64,000 nucleotides of DNA from an uncultured Verrucomicrobiae bacterium. Lineage in GTDB: Bacteria > Verrucomicrobiota > Verrucomicrobiia > Limisphaerales > Palsa-1400. Shown one piece after another: positions 60,510 to 64,000 of this stretch. The stretch covers positions 832,001 through 896,000 of the forward strand of contig OY969763.1 in assembly GCA_963702845.1 (NCBI GenBank). The letters run 5' to 3'. Below the pieces are notes generated by a model. It saw only the letters and a list, made by a program, of their open reading frames with translations. It did not search any database and was not told where the DNA came from. The stretch's first letter is position 1. Every line of letters starts with the position of its first letter. The position numbers and the translations under genes are program-made.

Positions 60510-63500
60510 ATGCTAAAAACGTTCTGCGTACACCTAGGTGCTGCATCGATCCTCGGTATTGGGGCTGTCACGGGCTTTTCTCAAACTCCGTTTATATTTA
60601 TCCAGCCGCAAAGCCAGAACGTCGCTGTGGGGGCAGACGTTTCGTTTTCTGTTACGGCGGCCAATGCTGGCGCCCCGCTTCCACCGGTCAGCTCCGGGAC
60701 ACTCAGCTTGTGGTTAAAAGCTGATACCGGTGTCGCTACCAATGCGAATGGCCAAGTGAGCCAATGGCGCGACCAGTCAGGAAATACAAACGACGCATTG
60801 CAGAGCAACAGCAATCTTCAGCCGAAACTGGTTACTCCCGCTAACTTAAACGGGATGCCGGCGGTGCGATTTGACGGCATTGCAAACACCACATTCGGTG
60901 ATTGTATGCAAGGCAGTGGGAACGTTGGTTTATCGAATGCATACACCTCATTCATGCTTTATCTGCTTAGGGATCCGTCTACCTCCAAGCAGGTGCCCGC
61001 CTATGTAGGTTACGGCACGACCTCAGGCGACGTGCGGGCGTACTTTGTTTACAATCAGGAAATGCGATGGGGCACGTATTACTACGATTACGGCAATCAC
61101 TTCATCGTGCCGACAAACACGTACCGCATTGCGACGCATCGCCTGAACACAAACGAAAACTTCTTCCAGCAGTTCGATGCAACTGCGACATCTAGCAGTA
61201 GTTTCAGTTTGGTGCCAAATAATTCGATTGTGACTCCGCCGGCGGGTTACGGACTGGGTGCGCTCAATACACCATTTGATTCTGGGTTTAATTTTGCTGG
61301 TGACATTGCCGAGTTGATTTATTTCCGAGGTTCGCTGAGCGATTCGGACAGGCAAGCGGTTGAAACCTATCTTAAACAAAAATATCTACTCTTAAGTGCG
61401 CAGGGGCCGTTTACATACCAGTGGCTGCTCAACAACACGAACATCACGGATGCGACGAATACAACGCTGACGTTGTCAAATGTTCAGATCTCGGATGCGG
61501 GGATTTATTCTGTTATTGTGACTGCTGCTTCCGGCTCAACGACCAGTTCTAATGCGGTTTTGAATGTCGGAATTGCTCCTTCGATCGCCACTCAGCCGGT
61601 AGGGCAAACGGTTGTTCAGTCAAACACCGTCGCCTTCTCGGTCGTCGCGAGCGGCACCGATCCGTTGTCTTATCAATGGTATTTCAATGGCAGCGCGATG
61701 GCGCAACAGACGAGCCCTTCGTTGTCTTTTACAAATGTTCAGCCTGCGAGCTCAGGCGCTTACTCGGTTGTCGTCAGCAACATCTTTGGTTCGGCGACGA
61801 GTTCAAATGCTGTGCTACAGGTAGACGCCCCGCCGCAAATGACGTCGCAACCGCAGACTGTAATGGCTGCCGTGGGTAGCACCGCAACTATCACTGCGAA
61901 TGCGATGGACGGTGCCGCGCCAACGTTGCCGGCGATCAGCTCTGGGACGTTGCGGCTGTGGTTGAAGGCGGATGCGGGGGTTGTCGCCAATAGTTCCGCT
62001 CAGGTGAGCGTTTGGCGCGATCAATCGGGGAATGCGAACGATGCGTCGCAGCCGAATAGCGCGCAACAGCCAGTGGTCGTTTATCCGATCGGCGGGAATG
62101 GCCAACCGGTATTGAGATTCGATGGCATTGAGAGTTCGACCACTGGCGACTTCCTGCAAGGCACGGGCGATGTCGGCCTTTCAAATGCATTTACTGCATT
62201 CCTTTATTATGCGGAGAATTCCACATTGGATTCGTACGGTTATGGCAAAGACATTGCCATGGTTGGGGTCCCGAACCCGTCATTTGCGGGCACTGGCCGT
62301 GGGTTTGCCGTTATTAACAATTACCTGACTTTTACGACGTGGGGTAACGATTATCAAACGTCAGTGAATCTGCCAATCGGGTCTTATCGCATCGCAACCC
62401 AAAGGTTTAATACCAATCAAAATGTCGCGGAGGTGTTTGATCGGACTATTACAAGCAGTAACGGATTTACGTTCTCGACTTCCGGACAGTCGATTCCCAG
62501 CGCAGGTTTTTACGTTGGCGGTTTGGGTTCGCAGATTCGCAATTTTGGGGGTGATGTTGGGGAGTTGATTTATTTCAGTGGCGCTTTGAACGACAGCGAC
62601 CGCCTCGCGGTGGAGCGATACCTGCAGCAGAAATATTATCAGGCAGCCGTCACCACTGGCCTCTCATATCAATGGCAATTCAACGGAACGGATTTGCCGG
62701 GCCAGACGAGTTCCAGCCTCGTTATCAGCAACGTGCAGTTCAGCGATGCGGGCAGCTACAATCTCGTTGTGACCAATACGGCTGGATCGACCACCAGTTC
62801 TAACGCGGTTGTGATTGTGGGTTTGACTCCGTCGATCAGTGCGCAGCCGCAGAACCAGGCAGTGCCAGTTGGCACGCTGGCTTCGTTTGCGGCGACGGCG
62901 TCAGGAACCGATCCGTTGAGTTATCAATGGAAGTTCAACGGCACGGCGATCGCGCTGGCGACGAGCTCAATGTTGAGTATTACCAATGCGCAGACGACGA
63001 ACAATGGCAGCTATACCGTTGTGATCACAAACCTGTTTGGAGCGGTCACGAGTTCGAATGCGACGCTTCGGGTTGATGTGTATCCGCAGATTCTGATGCA
63101 ACCTCAAAGCCAAACAGTCACGGCGGGGAACAACTCGACGTTCTCGGTAGGCACAGATGCTGTTCTTCCCGCGATTACGTCCGGAACTTTGCGCTTGTGG
63201 CTGAAGGGTGACGCAGGTGTTATCACGAATTCAAATAACCAAGTGAGTCAATGGACAGACCAGTCGCCAAACGGTAATAACGCCAGGCAGGCAAACAGTT
63301 CGCAGCAGCCGATTCTGGTTCGTCCGGCTGCGATCAATGGACGTCCAGCATTACGATTTGATGGAATCCAGAGCTCCTCGACGGGGGATTATTTGGTGGG
63401 GACTAATGATGTCGGCATCCCCGACGCATACACGTCATTCGTCGTTGCGGAGCCGTCGTCATTCTCCTCTGTAAACGTGGCGGCATTTGTCGGCGCGCCT

Positions 63501-64000
63501 GGCACCGTTGGCGCTGCTCGCGGCTACGCTCTGATCTCCGGTCAGCTCTATTTGACGACGTGGAACAACGACTATAACACCGGTTTTTCGCCGTCGGCGG
63601 GGACGTATCGAATTTGGACAGAGAGGTTCAACACCAATCGTACATTCGCTGAGATGTTTGACCGAACTTCAAGCGCGAGTAGCAACTTTAGCTGGACGGT
63701 CTCGAGCATCCAGACGCCATCGGCAGGTTACTATATTGGAGGACTTGGTGCGTTCATTCGTAGTTTTGGTGGCGATATCGCTGAGGTCATTTACTACAAA
63801 GGTTCGCTGAGCGATAGCGATCGGCTGGCGGTGGAGACTTATCTTCGCCAGAAGTATTATCAGGCGATCCCACTTAGCGGTCTCACGTACCAATGGCAAC
63901 TCAATGGTTCGAACATCACGGATGCAACAAATTCCAGCCTGACGATTTCGAACGCGCAGCCTGCGAACGCCGGGACATATACGGTGACTGTTTGCAACGG
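60510..64000 (+). CDS. Second giant Ig/LamG-like secreted protein, paralog of 54085-60399 (open at window end)
   Basis: Not in the ORF track because it has no stop; ATG 60510 MLKTFCVHLGAASILGIGAVTGFSQ, then three SGTL.LWLK.D.G modules; start frame agrees with ..GTYTVTVCN at 64000. Confidence 0.88.
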   Translation, partial: MLKTFCVHLGAASILGIGAVTGFSQTPFIFIQPQSQNVAVGADVSFSVTAANAGAPLPPVSSGTLSLWLKADTGVATNANGQVSQWRDQSGNTNDALQSNSNLQPKLVTPANLNGMPAVRFDGIANTTFGDCMQGSGNVGLSNAYTSFMLYLLRDPSTSKQVPAYVGYGTTSGDVRAYFVYNQEMRWGTYYYDYGNHFIVPTNTYRIATHRLNTNENFFQQFDATATSSSSFSLVPNNSIVTPPAGYGLGALNTPFDSGFNFAGDIAELIYFRGSLSDSDRQAVETYLKQKYLLLSAQGPFTYQWLLNNTNITDATNTTLTLSNVQISDAGIYSVIVTAASGSTTSSNAVLNVGIAPSIATQPVGQTVVQSNTVAFSVVASGTDPLSYQWYFNGSAMAQQTSPSLSFTNVQPASSGAYSVVVSNIFGSATSSNAVLQVDAPPQMTSQPQTVMAAVGSTATITANAMDGAAPTLPAISSGTLRLWLKADAGVVANSSAQVSVWRDQSGNANDASQPNSAQQPVVVYPIGGNGQPVLRFDGIESSTTGDFLQGTGDVGLSNAFTAFLYYAENSTLDSYGYGKDIAMVGVPNPSFAGTGRGFAVINNYLTFTTWGNDYQTSVNLPIGSYRIATQRFNTNQNVAEVFDRTITSSNGFTFSTSGQSIPSAGFYVGGLGSQIRNFGGDVGELIYFSGALNDSDRLAVERYLQQKYYQAAVTTGLSYQWQFNGTDLPGQTSSSLVISNVQFSDAGSYNLVVTNTAGSTTSSNAVVIVGLTPSISAQPQNQAVPVGTLASFAATASGTDPLSYQWKFNGTAIALATSSMLSITNAQTTNNGSYTVVITNLFGAVTSSNATLRVDVYPQILMQPQSQTVTAGNNSTFSVGTDAVLPAITSGTLRLWLKGDAGVITNSNNQVSQWTDQSPNGNNARQANSSQQPILVRPAAINGRPALRFDGIQSSSTGDYLVGTNDVGIPDAYTSFVVAEPSSFSSVNVAAFVGAPGTVGAARGYALISGQLYLTTWNNDYNTGFSPSAGTYRIWTERFNTNRTFAEMFDRTSSASSNFSWTVSSIQTPSAGYYIGGLGAFIRSFGGDIAEVIYYKGSLSDSDRLAVETYLRQKYYQAIPLSGLTYQWQLNGSNITDATNSSLTISNAQPANAGTYTVTVCN

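Overview
Bacterial chromosomal window, most likely Verrucomicrobiota subdivision 3 (Pedosphaera/Limisphaera-like). This is inferred from the fused lpxC-fabZ, a TIGR04073-type lipoprotein and Ig-rich surface proteins ending in a W...YFRL tail. 1-11.3 kb is housekeeping and LPS genes: ispE fragment, gmhB, kdsB, pyrG, frameshifted folC, Nif3-like, lpxA and lpxC-fabZ, with a four-helix-bundle gene bracketed by inverted heptamer tracts wedged between the last two. 11.3-43.6 kb is a rearranged accessory region. It holds a RAYT-type HUH transposase with REP clusters and derivatives, two sulfatases, two DUF1254/DUF1214 proteins, DUF3604-PPIase-HupE/UreJ, several outer-membrane barrels, three orphan sensor kinases, gdx/sugE, and an aldehyde dehydrogenase with a doubly deleted copy. 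43.7-53.9 kb is a surface-glycan cluster interrupted by an HTH gene plus a non-coding cassette. 54-64 kb holds two tandem giant Ig/LamG-like surface proteins. The most unusual signal is non-coding: arrays of distinct short modules, each 3-4 imperfect repeats at a 10-11 bp period. The same module types recur in shuffled order at 30.2-31.6 kb and 44.6-45.0 kb together with a near-identical 88-bp structured element, and one array starts exactly at the stop codon of the HTH gene. All family assignments come from motif recognition by eye; no database search was run.
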